From a virus: 64,000 nucleotides of DNA. The notes beneath the pieces were generated by a model, which was given only the letters and a program-made list of their open reading frames with translations, was not told the DNA's origin and searched no databases. Below are positions 45,652 through 55,051 of the stretch, piece by piece. A program made the position numbers and the translations under genes. Position 1 is the stretch's first letter. Every line of letters begins with the position of its first letter. Location of the stretch: IMG/VR virus record IMGVR_UViG_3300032224_001146, positions 1-64,000 of that record, one strand, 5' to 3'.

Positions 45652-46435
45652 TAGCATTGCATCCCTAGATACAGCCTCACGAGGCTTAGAACGCCTTATG
45701 GTGGGCTCTAAGCAAAAGGGTGTCATAGATGATGGCGGGACAGTTCAAAAAATTTCTGCTGGCCTTTATTACCAAGCAAGAGTAATGGGTGCAATGGTTA
45801 CAGAAGAATGTATTGCTACTGGTTACACAAATAAAATATTTAATAAGATTAAATTTGATCTAGAAGAATTTATAGATATGCAAGCTAGATCAAGACCAAA
45901 GGCATTTCATCACGTATATGAGTGGGGTCAAACTGGTAAAAACACAGCAAGACTTTTTGATATTCATAGATCTGGCCAGTCAGGTTTTGATTTTGTTTTA
46001 GGATATGATTTTAAATTATCAAACACACCAGTTCCAGCAAAAGGAAAAAGTCCAAAAACTTATTTCTTTAAAAACAAAGCCTTTGTAATGGAAAATGGTC
46101 AACAAGTTACAGTAAGACCAAAAAATCCAGATACAAGCTTAACATTTAATATGGGCGGACAATACATAACTTTGGAACCTGGCAAGGCAGTAAAAATAAA
46201 TAATCCAGGCGGCAAAGAAGTAAAGTTATCTTTTGCTGGAGCATATACTAGATTTATGAATGGTCCTGTTGAAAATTCAATTGCAATGTCTGGAGCAAAA
46301 GATTCATTTAATTTAGTTGTTTCAAGATCAATGAAGTTGCCAGGAATTGTAAAAGCTAAGTCTTATTCTTATAATCCAGCATCTATTAAAAATGCAGCTC
46401 ATGCTGCTGTTCAATTGAATGGGAGAAACATGTGA
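45620..46435 (+). CDS. neck/tail completion protein (start uncertain)
   Basis: position between stopper and terminator; HHVYEWG. Confidence 0.55.
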   Translation: MQDRKTKQLINSIASLDTASRGLERLMVGSKQKGVIDDGGTVQKISAGLYYQARVMGAMVTEECIATGYTNKIFNKIKFDLEEFIDMQARSRPKAFHHVYEWGQTGKNTARLFDIHRSGQSGFDFVLGYDFKLSNTPVPAKGKSPKTYFFKNKAFVMENGQQVTVRPKNPDTSLTFNMGGQYITLEPGKAVKINNPGGKEVKLSFAGAYTRFMNGPVENSIAMSGAKDSFNLVVSRSMKLPGIVKAKSYSYNPASIKNAAHAAVQLNGRNM

Positions 46436-46944
46436 CTGCAAATTATAAAATAGACTCAGCAAATGAGATACGTAAGTTTTTATGGCATGAATTAACAATG
46501 AAGGGCTTGTTTAAAGAAACAGACTATTTTTCTGACAATGTAAATGAAACAATCATTCCTATCTTGCCAGTACAGCAAGTCCCAGAAATGAATCAATTCT
46601 TAAATGGTAAAAAACATATTATCTATGATAAAACCAGTATGAGTTATGAATCTAATTGGCTGGTCTGTACAGAGAAAATGCAGTTTACCCTGTATGCTAT
46701 TGATGTGGCAGAAATCAATGAAATGAGAAACTTTTTAATTGACCTTTTTAGAAGGTCTGATGAGTCAGCTAGAGATATTAATAATTTTATGGATAAAGAT
46801 AGCAAGCTTCGTTTTCATACTATTTATATGTCTGACATATCCCCCATTGCCCCATCTGAAGAAATACAAGGGTTCTTGGCTGCGGATGTAATATTAGACA
46901 TTAAATACTCAAGAGATGTAGATAGATCAGGAAGATTTGCTTAG
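46432..46944 (+). CDS. tail terminator protein
   Basis: position immediately upstream of tail tube gene. Confidence 0.55.
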   Translation: MTANYKIDSANEIRKFLWHELTMKGLFKETDYFSDNVNETIIPILPVQQVPEMNQFLNGKKHIIYDKTSMSYESNWLVCTEKMQFTLYAIDVAEINEMRNFLIDLFRRSDESARDINNFMDKDSKLRFHTIYMSDISPIAPSEEIQGFLAADVILDIKYSRDVDRSGRFA

Positions 46945-46947
46945 TCC

Positions 46948-46976
46948 TTGCTTTATGAACTAATCAACTGTAAAAT
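46948..46976 (+). promoter_or_regulatory. sigmaA-type promoter for major tail gene
   Basis: TTGCTT-N17-TAAAAT. Confidence 0.6.
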
Positions 46977-47045
46977 TGGAGTTGAGGAAAGAGCCTAGCC
47001 AGCAGCCACTAAGAAAGTAACAGTTATTCCAGGAGGTGGAAATAA

Positions 47046-47687
47046 ATGGCATTTGAAGCAAAAAATATTATTGTCGGAGCAGCACCGCTGTTCTTGTCAA
47101 AGAAGGATTCAACAGAATCTACATACGCAACAGTGCTTCCAGAAGGATCAAACGTAACAGCTAATACATCAATTTATGACGCTGATACTCGTGAGCTTAA
47201 GGGAAACCTTGCAACAGCTTACGCAAACGTTGGATACACAAACAACGGTCTTCAAATTACTTACAACCCAACATACGGTTCAGTAACAGTAGATCAGCTT
47301 CTTGATACAGCAAAGCTGTTCAAGGAGTCAATGGAAGTTATGTTAGCAACTGAAATTACAGAAGCAACACTTGAGAACATTCTAAAGGTATTCGGACAGG
47401 GAGCTTCAACTCTCTCAGGCGATGCACTTGGTATGGAAGCAGGAGCTCTTGGACAAGAGCCTACAGAGCGTCAGCTAATTGCTGTCGGTCTTGCACCACG
47501 TTCAGCAGCTAACAAAAAGCGTGAAAGAGTTTATTATGGCCGTCGTGTACTTTCAGTACAACAGTCACAATTCACACTTGCACGTAACAATGCAACAGTA
47601 TTCCCAGTAACCTTCCGTCTTCTCCCAGATGCAGCATATGCAGGAGCAGAATACGGTAAGATTATTGACCGTCTAATCGAAGCATAA
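47046..47687 (+). CDS. major tail tube protein
   Basis: NIIVGAA, VGYTNNGL, VTVDQLLD, EATLENI, FPVTFRLLPD; AGGAGG RBS. Confidence 0.85.
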   Translation: MAFEAKNIIVGAAPLFLSKKDSTESTYATVLPEGSNVTANTSIYDADTRELKGNLATAYANVGYTNNGLQITYNPTYGSVTVDQLLDTAKLFKESMEVMLATEITEATLENILKVFGQGASTLSGDALGMEAGALGQEPTERQLIAVGLAPRSAANKKRERVYYGRRVLSVQQSQFTLARNNATVFPVTFRLLPDAAYAGAEYGKIIDRLIEA

Positions 47688-47716
47688 TTTACAATTTAAT
47701 AACAACTTAATATAGA

Positions 47717-47750
47717 CAGTGGCCCCCAAACTCTGGGGGTCTCTGCATTT
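47717..47750 (+). terminator. terminator-like hairpin after tail tube gene
   Basis: GGCCCCCA-AACTC-TGGGGGTC. Confidence 0.55.
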
Positions 47751-47802
47751 GGTTTATCAATACACTTTTGATATAATTAAAATAATCAGAACGGGGAATA
47801 AA

Positions 47803-48135
47803 TTGGCTACTACAGTCTATGACGTAGAAGAAATTGAATTACAAAACGGAAACAAGGTAAAGCTTAAGCCTTTATCAATTAAAGAACTTAGAAAGTTCAT
47901 GGTTGTCATTGCTAAGACAGGACAAGTATCAACAGAAGATGATACATTAAATATTTTGATTGAAGCTTGTGCAGTAGCATTAGAAAAGCAACTTCCTGAG
48001 CTTGTTGCAGATAGAGATGCATTTGAAGATGCACTTGATGTGCCTACAATCAACAGAATCCTAGAAATTTGTGGCGGGATTAATATGTCAGACCCAAACC
48101 AACTAGCGGCAACAGTTCTAGCTGGTCAGAACTAG
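47803..48135 (+). CDS. tail assembly chaperone (G)
   Basis: TTG start after GGGG; between tail tube and tape measure genes. Confidence 0.75.
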   Translation: MATTVYDVEEIELQNGNKVKLKPLSIKELRKFMVVIAKTGQVSTEDDTLNILIEACAVALEKQLPELVADRDAFEDALDVPTINRILEICGGINMSDPNQLAATVLAGQN

Positions 48136-48467
48136 ATTTAGCCGCTTTAGAAGGACAGGCTTTTCTTTTAGGACATTGGAGGAACTTCGATGAACTTGAA
48201 GAAAACCTATCAATGCCAGAGCTTATACAAGTACTGAAAAGTATTAGTAAAAGAGAAGATGACAACAGAAAATTCCAAGCTTCATTGCAAGGAGTTGATC
48301 TAGGGGAGGAAGAAGTTGCCGATAGTAAAACCTCATCTTTCGAAGAGATTCGAATGAGAGCGTTAGGAATTAATGGATTACCAAATGATATCATTGGTCT
48401 TCAAGGCAACGCAGCTTCCGCAAAAGGTTTTGGAATAAATGAAGGTTTAGGTTATTCCGAAGAATAA
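48093..48467 (+). CDS. -1 frameshift extension of tail assembly chaperone (GT)
   Basis: slippery C-CCA-AAC at 48093-48099; -1 frame open from 48084 to 48467 (SWSELDLAALEGQAFLLGHW...). Confidence 0.75.
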   Translation, partial: PKPTSGNSSSWSELDLAALEGQAFLLGHWRNFDELEENLSMPELIQVLKSISKREDDNRKFQASLQGVDLGEEEVADSKTSSFEEIRMRALGINGLPNDIIGLQGNAASAKGFGINEGLGYSEE

Positions 48468-48470
48468 AAA

Positions 48471-51400
48471 ATGACAGAAAACATTAATACTCAGATCACC
48501 GCTAGTGCTGACTTCTCAAGTTTGATTGGTCAGATACATCAAGCGGTATCTCAACTTACATTATTACAGCAAAAGATTGGTGCATCCAATGTTGCTCTGA
48601 GTCAACAGATCGCTGCTAGTAATAATGCTTTTGCAAATACGCTTAAAAATAGCAATCAATTCAGCACACACTTTGTAACTCTCGCAAGTGATACTGAAAA
48701 GTTTGGAAAAGCTTTAGATAGCGGAAAATTAAAACTTAGAGATTACTACAACTCTTGGCAGCAATATCATCGCCAAGGTGCTAGCTTAATTAAAGATTTA
48801 GCTAAGCAGCAAGCAGCCATGCAAAATGCAATCATTCAACCAATGGGCAGAAATGGCCAAGGGCAAATGCAATTCAATGTTCACGTTCCAACGGGAATTG
48901 ACGAGCTTGCAAATAAAACAAGAATTGCAAAACAAGAAATGTCTATCCTTAATAAGGTTATGTCTGACGGGGCCACACAATTAATTAACTGGGGTAAGAA
49001 TACTCAGTGGGCAGGCCGCCAATTAACAGTAGGTTTAACAGTTCCAATGGCAGCATTTGGACAAGCTGCCGCACAATCATTTTTGCAGGTTGATGCAGAA
49101 CTTGTAAGACTTACAAAGGTTTATGGCGGACTTGCACAAACTTCACAAGCAGAACTTGGAAAAGTAAGATCTGACACAATTAAAACAGCTAAAGAACTTT
49201 CTGGTGCTTATGGAGTAAACTTTAAAGAGACTATTGCTCTAGCTGCAGATATTGCCGCAACTGGTAAGCAAGGCAATGAGCTTATGGGTTCATTAAAAGA
49301 AACAACAAGACTTTCTGTACTTGGTGAAGTAAGCAGACAAGATGCAATGAAAGCCACACTCGCTATTCAAAATGCATTCAAGCAAAATACAACAGAGCTT
49401 GGTCAATCAATTGATTTCCTTAACGCAGTTGAAAACCAAACTTCAACAACGCTACAAGATCTTGTAAATGCAATTCCTAAAGCTGGACCAGTTGTAAAAG
49501 GTCTAGGCGGAGATGTAAAAGATCTTGCATTGATGATGGTTGCAATGAAAGAAGGAGGAGTTGATGCTGCTTCTGCTGCAAATGGATTAAAGTCAGCACT
49601 TGGTTCTTTAATTAATCCAACAAAAAATGCAAAAACTTTATTTAGAGGTTTTGGAATTGACCTTCAAGGTATTGTAAATAATAATGCTGGACATGTAACA
49701 GAAACAATTTTAGCATTGCAAAATGCATTAGATAAACTAAATCCATTACAAAAACAACAAGCATTAGAAACTTTGTTTGGTAAATATCAGTTTGCAAGAA
49801 TGGGTGCGTTATTTGATAATCTTGGTAAAAAAGGCTCTCAGACATTACAGGTATTAGATTTAATGAAAGCAAGCACACAGGAGCTTGCAGGTGTAGCTAG
49901 TCGAGAATTAGCACAGCAAACAGAATCAGCTTCTGGTAAATACAAGAGAGCACTTGAATCTTTAAAAGCAGATCTAGCAACAGTTGGATCAGGATTTCTT
50001 GGAGTTTCTGCAAATCTTCTTAAAATTGCTGATGGAATTTTAAAAGCATTTAATGCACTTCCTGGCCCAGTAAAGAAATTTGTAACACTGTTGGCTGGAC
50101 TTACAGCAGTAGCAGGACCAATCATTATGCTTACTGGTGTATTCTCAAACTTCCTTGGCTATGTGATGAAAGGTTTTGCTGGTATCAGAGCATTCTTTAG
50201 TCATGCAGATAAATTTAAATTATTAACTCCAGAAATTGTTGCTGCAGATGAAGCAGCAATGATTATGGAAAAAACATTCTATTCAGATGCTGAAGCAGCA
50301 ATGGTATTAAAAAATGCTTTAACAGCACTTAAACTTGAGATGCGTCAAATTGCTGAAATGGCATCATCAAATACAATTACAGCAAAACCGCTTGTTCAAA
50401 ATATTAGTAATGCTACACATGGCGGAACAGTTCCAATTAATGGCTTAGACTTTGCTCATTATAATCCACAAGCAAGGTTATCTGAAGAAGATAGACTTAA
50501 GCAAACATTCCATACATCAATACCATTAGATCCAACAACTAATAAAAAAATTGGTGAAAATCCACAAATGATGGTTATGCCAGGAACTGGAATTCCAAAA
50601 GTTCAAGGACTTACCATGATTAATGGTGCAACAACTGGAGTAAATGCGGTTGAAGCAGCAAAGTGGAATACAATGATGACAACTATGGCTATGAGAACAA
50701 AAACTCAAATGGCTGAGGTAGAGAGAGTACTTGATACAACTGGTCAATTGCCAGCAGAATTTATGGCTGATTTTAATTTAATTTTACCTAAGATGCAAAA
50801 TATTGCAGCTACAGCTGCACAATCTTCTGCTCGTGTTGCACGTTCTGCAGAAGCTGGAATTTTAACAGTTGAAGAATCACAAAGAGCATTGCAGGCAATT
50901 AACGCAAAGATGATTGAAAGAATGAATGCACTTTCAATTGCATCTGGTGTTCCAATTGAAAGAATGACAATGGTTCCAGGAACAAACACACAGGTTGCTA
51001 CTGGAACAGCAGCAATGAAAAATCAAGATTACAACATGAGAAGTGTTACAAGAACTGGTGCTGGAAGAGTTGGCGGACTTACATCTAAGATTTCAAATGC
51101 ACTTAAGGTAGGCGTAAGAAGAATTAAGCTACAAGATGGAGCAGTTGGTATTGGTGGTATTCAAAAATATGCAGGTGGAGTTATTGGTGCAGGACTTACA
51201 TTAGGTCTTAAAGCAGCAAGAGCATTAAGTTTAGTTGGAGCAAGAGCAGGACAAAAAGCTTATAAATTTAAATCAGCATTTGGTGTATTTGGAAAAACAC
51301 TTCCAGGCCAAACTGCAGACTCAATTAACTTGCTTCTTAGAACTGGAAAAATGCCAGTTGGAGATTATGTAAGATCATTAATGTTAGCAGGAAGAGGAAG

Positions 51401-54400
51401 AGTTGCAGGCGGAACAGACTCATTTATTTCTGCATTAAAGCATAATGGAATTATTAGTGAATTAGATGAAGCATATTTACTTAATGATTTGTCTGACGCA
51501 TATCTTTCAAGAATTTCTAGACAAAAATTTATTGGTGATGCTAATAACCCGTATGCAGATGTATCAAATAAATTAATTGGACAAACTTTTGCTAATAGAC
51601 CAGAAATTTTAAATTTATGGAAACAGTTCTCAAGACAAGCTCCAGCAAGAACAAGTATTGGAAGAAGAAGTACAAACTGGAAAAATATTGTTCTTGATCA
51701 CAATGGTCAAAAAATTACTATTTCTGGAAAAGAATTTAAGGGATCAAAACAAGACAATAGCATATTCCTCCATGCAACTAATCAATCTGGATATGATAGA
51801 AAGATTGGTAGATATGCTGGTGGCATTACAAGACTTCCAGGTTACGGCGGCGGAGATGTAATACCAGCAATGCTTGAGCCAGGAGAATCAGTTGTAACAA
51901 AACAAGCTACATCAAAATATGCACCAGTTCTTCAAGCAATGAATCAAGGAACATTACCAGGATTTAAAATTGGTGTTGTTGGTGTTGGTAAAGCTGTTGC
52001 AGCAATGGGAATTGCTGAAGGAGGCAGAAGAATTGGAGAAAATATTGGCGGACCAATAGGATCTACTATTTCATTTGCATCACAATTATTTGGATATGGT
52101 GCAGGACTTTCAATGTTTTCTAGAGAGGGTGCTAAAGCTGGAAGAGTTGCTGGAATGTTTTCTAGTATCACAGCTAAGTTTCCTGGGCTATTTGCTAAAA
52201 CAGTATTTGGTTTAAGTAGATTTAACGTAGCCCTTGCAGTTGGAATACCAGCCTTAACTTACGGAATTAATAAATATAAAGAATATCAAGAAAATCAAAG
52301 ATTAACAGCTTTAGGTTATGGATTAACAGCAGATGCTGCTAAAAAAGCTGGACTTAGATATACAGATTTTAATGGCAAGATGAAAGATGCTATTGCTAAT
52401 GCACAGCTGATGAAAGAAAAAAATCATTTAATTTACGAATCAATGACTCAATCTAATACTCCACTTAAAATTACAATTGAAGAATATAAGAAGCTAAAAG
52501 AAACAGTTTCAAAAACAATGCCAGACTACATAAAGCTTGTAAATATTACAAACTCAAAAGATGTAGGATCACTTGCTGTTCAATTAAAAGCACAATTCAT
52601 AAGTGCTGGAAAATCTGCAGAAGATGCAACCAAGATGGTTTATGCTTTAATTGCTGCATCAAATAAATCTGCAATGGCTGGGAAAGCAATAGGATCTCAA
52701 GACTTTGCTGGAGTTACAGATGCACAAACAGCTTCTGTTCAAACAGTAAAAACATTTGCAACTTCTACTAAACTTTCAAATGGTAAAGCTCAAACACAGG
52801 CATTTATGACTGCATTGCAAGGTATTGATGCTGCAATACTAGACATTGAAGCAAATGCTAAGAAGATGGGCAAGCCAGTAGATGCCGCAGCCGTACAGTT
52901 TGAAGCAATCAATAAGGGTGCTGGAAAAAGTGTAACTCTTACTAAATCAATGATTGATAACCTTAAAAATGAAAACCCAGAGCTTGCAAAAATTCTTAAT
53001 ACATCAGACAATATTCAATCAGCATGGGCAAAGTATAAGCTCCTTATTGGTGGATCAACCGCAGACCTTGTAACCTTAACTGGACAAGCAGCAATTGCAT
53101 TACAAACAATGGATGCAGCAATTGAAAAATCTGTTGTATCAGGTTTAGGTGCATCTGGCGGGATGTTGGAAAAAACAAATGCTAGATTAAAAACTCTTTA
53201 TGATGATAAAGCTAAATATGAAAAGCAAGCTGCAGGGCAATCTGCAAAAGCACAAATTGATTCTAAAGCTCAATTAAAATCACTTAATGATCAAATTGAT
53301 AAAATCAATAAAAAGGCAGAAGCAGAAAAGAAAGCACTTGAAGATAAAGCAGCAGCTGAAGACATTGTTCTTCAAATTCAACAAAAAAGATTGGAATATC
53401 AAAATGCAATTGCTACAGGCAATATGCAAGCAGCTGCTCAAGCACAACTTGAGGTAGACAGATTACAAAAACAACAACAACTTACAGCTGGCGTAAATGC
53501 AATTGAAGAAAAAAGGCAAAAAGATGTTGCACCACTACAAGCCCAGATAGATGCATTAAATGCAGCACAAGATAAATTAGCTAACTCAGCAACCCTTGCT
53601 TCAGATGCTCTTAATAAAACAAATAAAGAAATTGCAGATTTAGAAACCAAAGCATCTTTGGTAACAGCAGCATTTACAAGATTAGAAAAAGGTCTTAATG
53701 AGCAAGGCGATGCATATAAAAAGACACAAACCTACAAAGACGATATTGCAGCATTGGCTAAAGCAATTGCAGACGGAAAGTTTGCAACACCTGGAATCTC
53801 AGATACAAAGACTGTATATAGTGGAGCTTATCCAACAACTGTAAAAAAGACTCCAGCAGAAATGGCAGAAGAATATTTAAATTCTGCACGTAAGGGTCTT
53901 GAAGCTGGAATATCTGCAAATACAGTTTACTTGAATGCAAAAGCTGTTTTGGATGCAGATAAAAAAGCATCTGGAACTCAATATACAACTTCAGAATTAT
54001 TTAAAAAGCAGTCCTATACTCTTACTGGAGAAGGACAAGATGCAATGTATGACAAAGGCGGAACAATTAAACAACAGGTCAGAACATCTTTGCTTTCACA
54101 AAATGATGGAAAGAATTTTAAGATTGGTGATAGATTTACAGTCAATGGACATACATATGGAGTTAAAAAAGGTTCACTATTTAATAATACATATGGAATG
54201 CAAATTGTTGAAATTGATATGGCAAATAAAGCAGATGGAGGAATCATCCGTGGACCAGGAACTGGAACATCAGACTCTATTCCAACAATGCTTTCAAATG
54301 GCGAATATGTAATTAAGGCAAGCTCAGTAAAATCAATTGGTGTACCAGCACTTGATAACTTAAATAAAATGGCATCAGGCGGACTTGTTGCTAGATATGA

Positions 54401-54593
54401 TATGCCAAGAATGACAACTGGCGGAAGATTAAAAATGGGTACGGGAGGTCTTGCTCAATCTGGCGGATCAGAGTATAATATTAATGTAACACTTAATGGA
54501 TCTAATTTAACACCAGATGATGTAGCCAACGCAATTGAAAGAAAGATGCGTCAGCTAAATGCTATGAACGGAACACAAAGGACATTTAATTGA
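48471..54593 (+). CDS. tape measure protein (2040 aa)
   Basis: GRQLTVGLTVP..., Ala-rich helical core, GPGTGTSDSIPTMLSNGEYV motif. Confidence 0.92.
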   Translation: MTENINTQITASADFSSLIGQIHQAVSQLTLLQQKIGASNVALSQQIAASNNAFANTLKNSNQFSTHFVTLASDTEKFGKALDSGKLKLRDYYNSWQQYHRQGASLIKDLAKQQAAMQNAIIQPMGRNGQGQMQFNVHVPTGIDELANKTRIAKQEMSILNKVMSDGATQLINWGKNTQWAGRQLTVGLTVPMAAFGQAAAQSFLQVDAELVRLTKVYGGLAQTSQAELGKVRSDTIKTAKELSGAYGVNFKETIALAADIAATGKQGNELMGSLKETTRLSVLGEVSRQDAMKATLAIQNAFKQNTTELGQSIDFLNAVENQTSTTLQDLVNAIPKAGPVVKGLGGDVKDLALMMVAMKEGGVDAASAANGLKSALGSLINPTKNAKTLFRGFGIDLQGIVNNNAGHVTETILALQNALDKLNPLQKQQALETLFGKYQFARMGALFDNLGKKGSQTLQVLDLMKASTQELAGVASRELAQQTESASGKYKRALESLKADLATVGSGFLGVSANLLKIADGILKAFNALPGPVKKFVTLLAGLTAVAGPIIMLTGVFSNFLGYVMKGFAGIRAFFSHADKFKLLTPEIVAADEAAMIMEKTFYSDAEAAMVLKNALTALKLEMRQIAEMASSNTITAKPLVQNISNATHGGTVPINGLDFAHYNPQARLSEEDRLKQTFHTSIPLDPTTNKKIGENPQMMVMPGTGIPKVQGLTMINGATTGVNAVEAAKWNTMMTTMAMRTKTQMAEVERVLDTTGQLPAEFMADFNLILPKMQNIAATAAQSSARVARSAEAGILTVEESQRALQAINAKMIERMNALSIASGVPIERMTMVPGTNTQVATGTAAMKNQDYNMRSVTRTGAGRVGGLTSKISNALKVGVRRIKLQDGAVGIGGIQKYAGGVIGAGLTLGLKAARALSLVGARAGQKAYKFKSAFGVFGKTLPGQTADSINLLLRTGKMPVGDYVRSLMLAGRGRVAGGTDSFISALKHNGIISELDEAYLLNDLSDAYLSRISRQKFIGDANNPYADVSNKLIGQTFANRPEILNLWKQFSRQAPARTSIGRRSTNWKNIVLDHNGQKITISGKEFKGSKQDNSIFLHATNQSGYDRKIGRYAGGITRLPGYGGGDVIPAMLEPGESVVTKQATSKYAPVLQAMNQGTLPGFKIGVVGVGKAVAAMGIAEGGRRIGENIGGPIGSTISFASQLFGYGAGLSMFSREGAKAGRVAGMFSSITAKFPGLFAKTVFGLSRFNVALAVGIPALTYGINKYKEYQENQRLTALGYGLTADAAKKAGLRYTDFNGKMKDAIANAQLMKEKNHLIYESMTQSNTPLKITIEEYKKLKETVSKTMPDYIKLVNITNSKDVGSLAVQLKAQFISAGKSAEDATKMVYALIAASNKSAMAGKAIGSQDFAGVTDAQTASVQTVKTFATSTKLSNGKAQTQAFMTALQGIDAAILDIEANAKKMGKPVDAAAVQFEAINKGAGKSVTLTKSMIDNLKNENPELAKILNTSDNIQSAWAKYKLLIGGSTADLVTLTGQAAIALQTMDAAIEKSVVSGLGASGGMLEKTNARLKTLYDDKAKYEKQAAGQSAKAQIDSKAQLKSLNDQIDKINKKAEAEKKALEDKAAAEDIVLQIQQKRLEYQNAIATGNMQAAAQAQLEVDRLQKQQQLTAGVNAIEEKRQKDVAPLQAQIDALNAAQDKLANSATLASDALNKTNKEIADLETKASLVTAAFTRLEKGLNEQGDAYKKTQTYKDDIAALAKAIADGKFATPGISDTKTVYSGAYPTTVKKTPAEMAEEYLNSARKGLEAGISANTVYLNAKAVLDADKKASGTQYTTSELFKKQSYTLTGEGQDAMYDKGGTIKQQVRTSLLSQNDGKNFKIGDRFTVNGHTYGVKKGSLFNNTYGMQIVEIDMANKADGGIIRGPGTGTSDSIPTMLSNGEYVIKASSVKSIGVPALDNLNKMASGGLVARYDMPRMTTGGRLKMGTGGLAQSGGSEYNINVTLNGSNLTPDDVANAIERKMRQLNAMNGTQRTFN

Positions 54594-55051
54594 GCACAGT
54601 ATATTTACCAGTAGGTTCTGCACTCTTTGTTGATACATCAACAACGGATACACCAACATGGCAAAAATTAACTGAGCATAATAGATCTCCAATTTCATTA
54701 GATATTACAAGAATTGAACAAAATTTAAGAACATCAAATGGCACATTGAGAAAGCTTTTTATCGCAGATAAAAAAACATTCAATACTTCTTGGAGCATGC
54801 TACCAGCACTATCTACAATGACTGTAGACGGTGGATGGGGTGCAAGAGAGATGAGAGATTTTTACCTTGGATCTAAAGGCAAAAATTCATTTAAAATAAA
54901 ACTATCATATAACGGAGTAACCACAGAAGATAATATAGTCGTATCTTTCCAGAGTGCCAACTTTTCAATTATTAAAAGAAACGTTAAGGCAAAATCAACT
55001 GATACACCCCAAGAGTTTTGGGATGTTACTATATCGCTGGAAGAAGTATAA
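54590..55051 (+). CDS. distal tail protein-like
   Basis: position after TMP; RTSNGTLRK...SWSMLP...DVTISLEEV. Confidence 0.65.
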   Translation: MSTVYLPVGSALFVDTSTTDTPTWQKLTEHNRSPISLDITRIEQNLRTSNGTLRKLFIADKKTFNTSWSMLPALSTMTVDGGWGAREMRDFYLGSKGKNSFKIKLSYNGVTTEDNIVVSFQSANFSIIKRNVKAKSTDTPQEFWDVTISLEEV

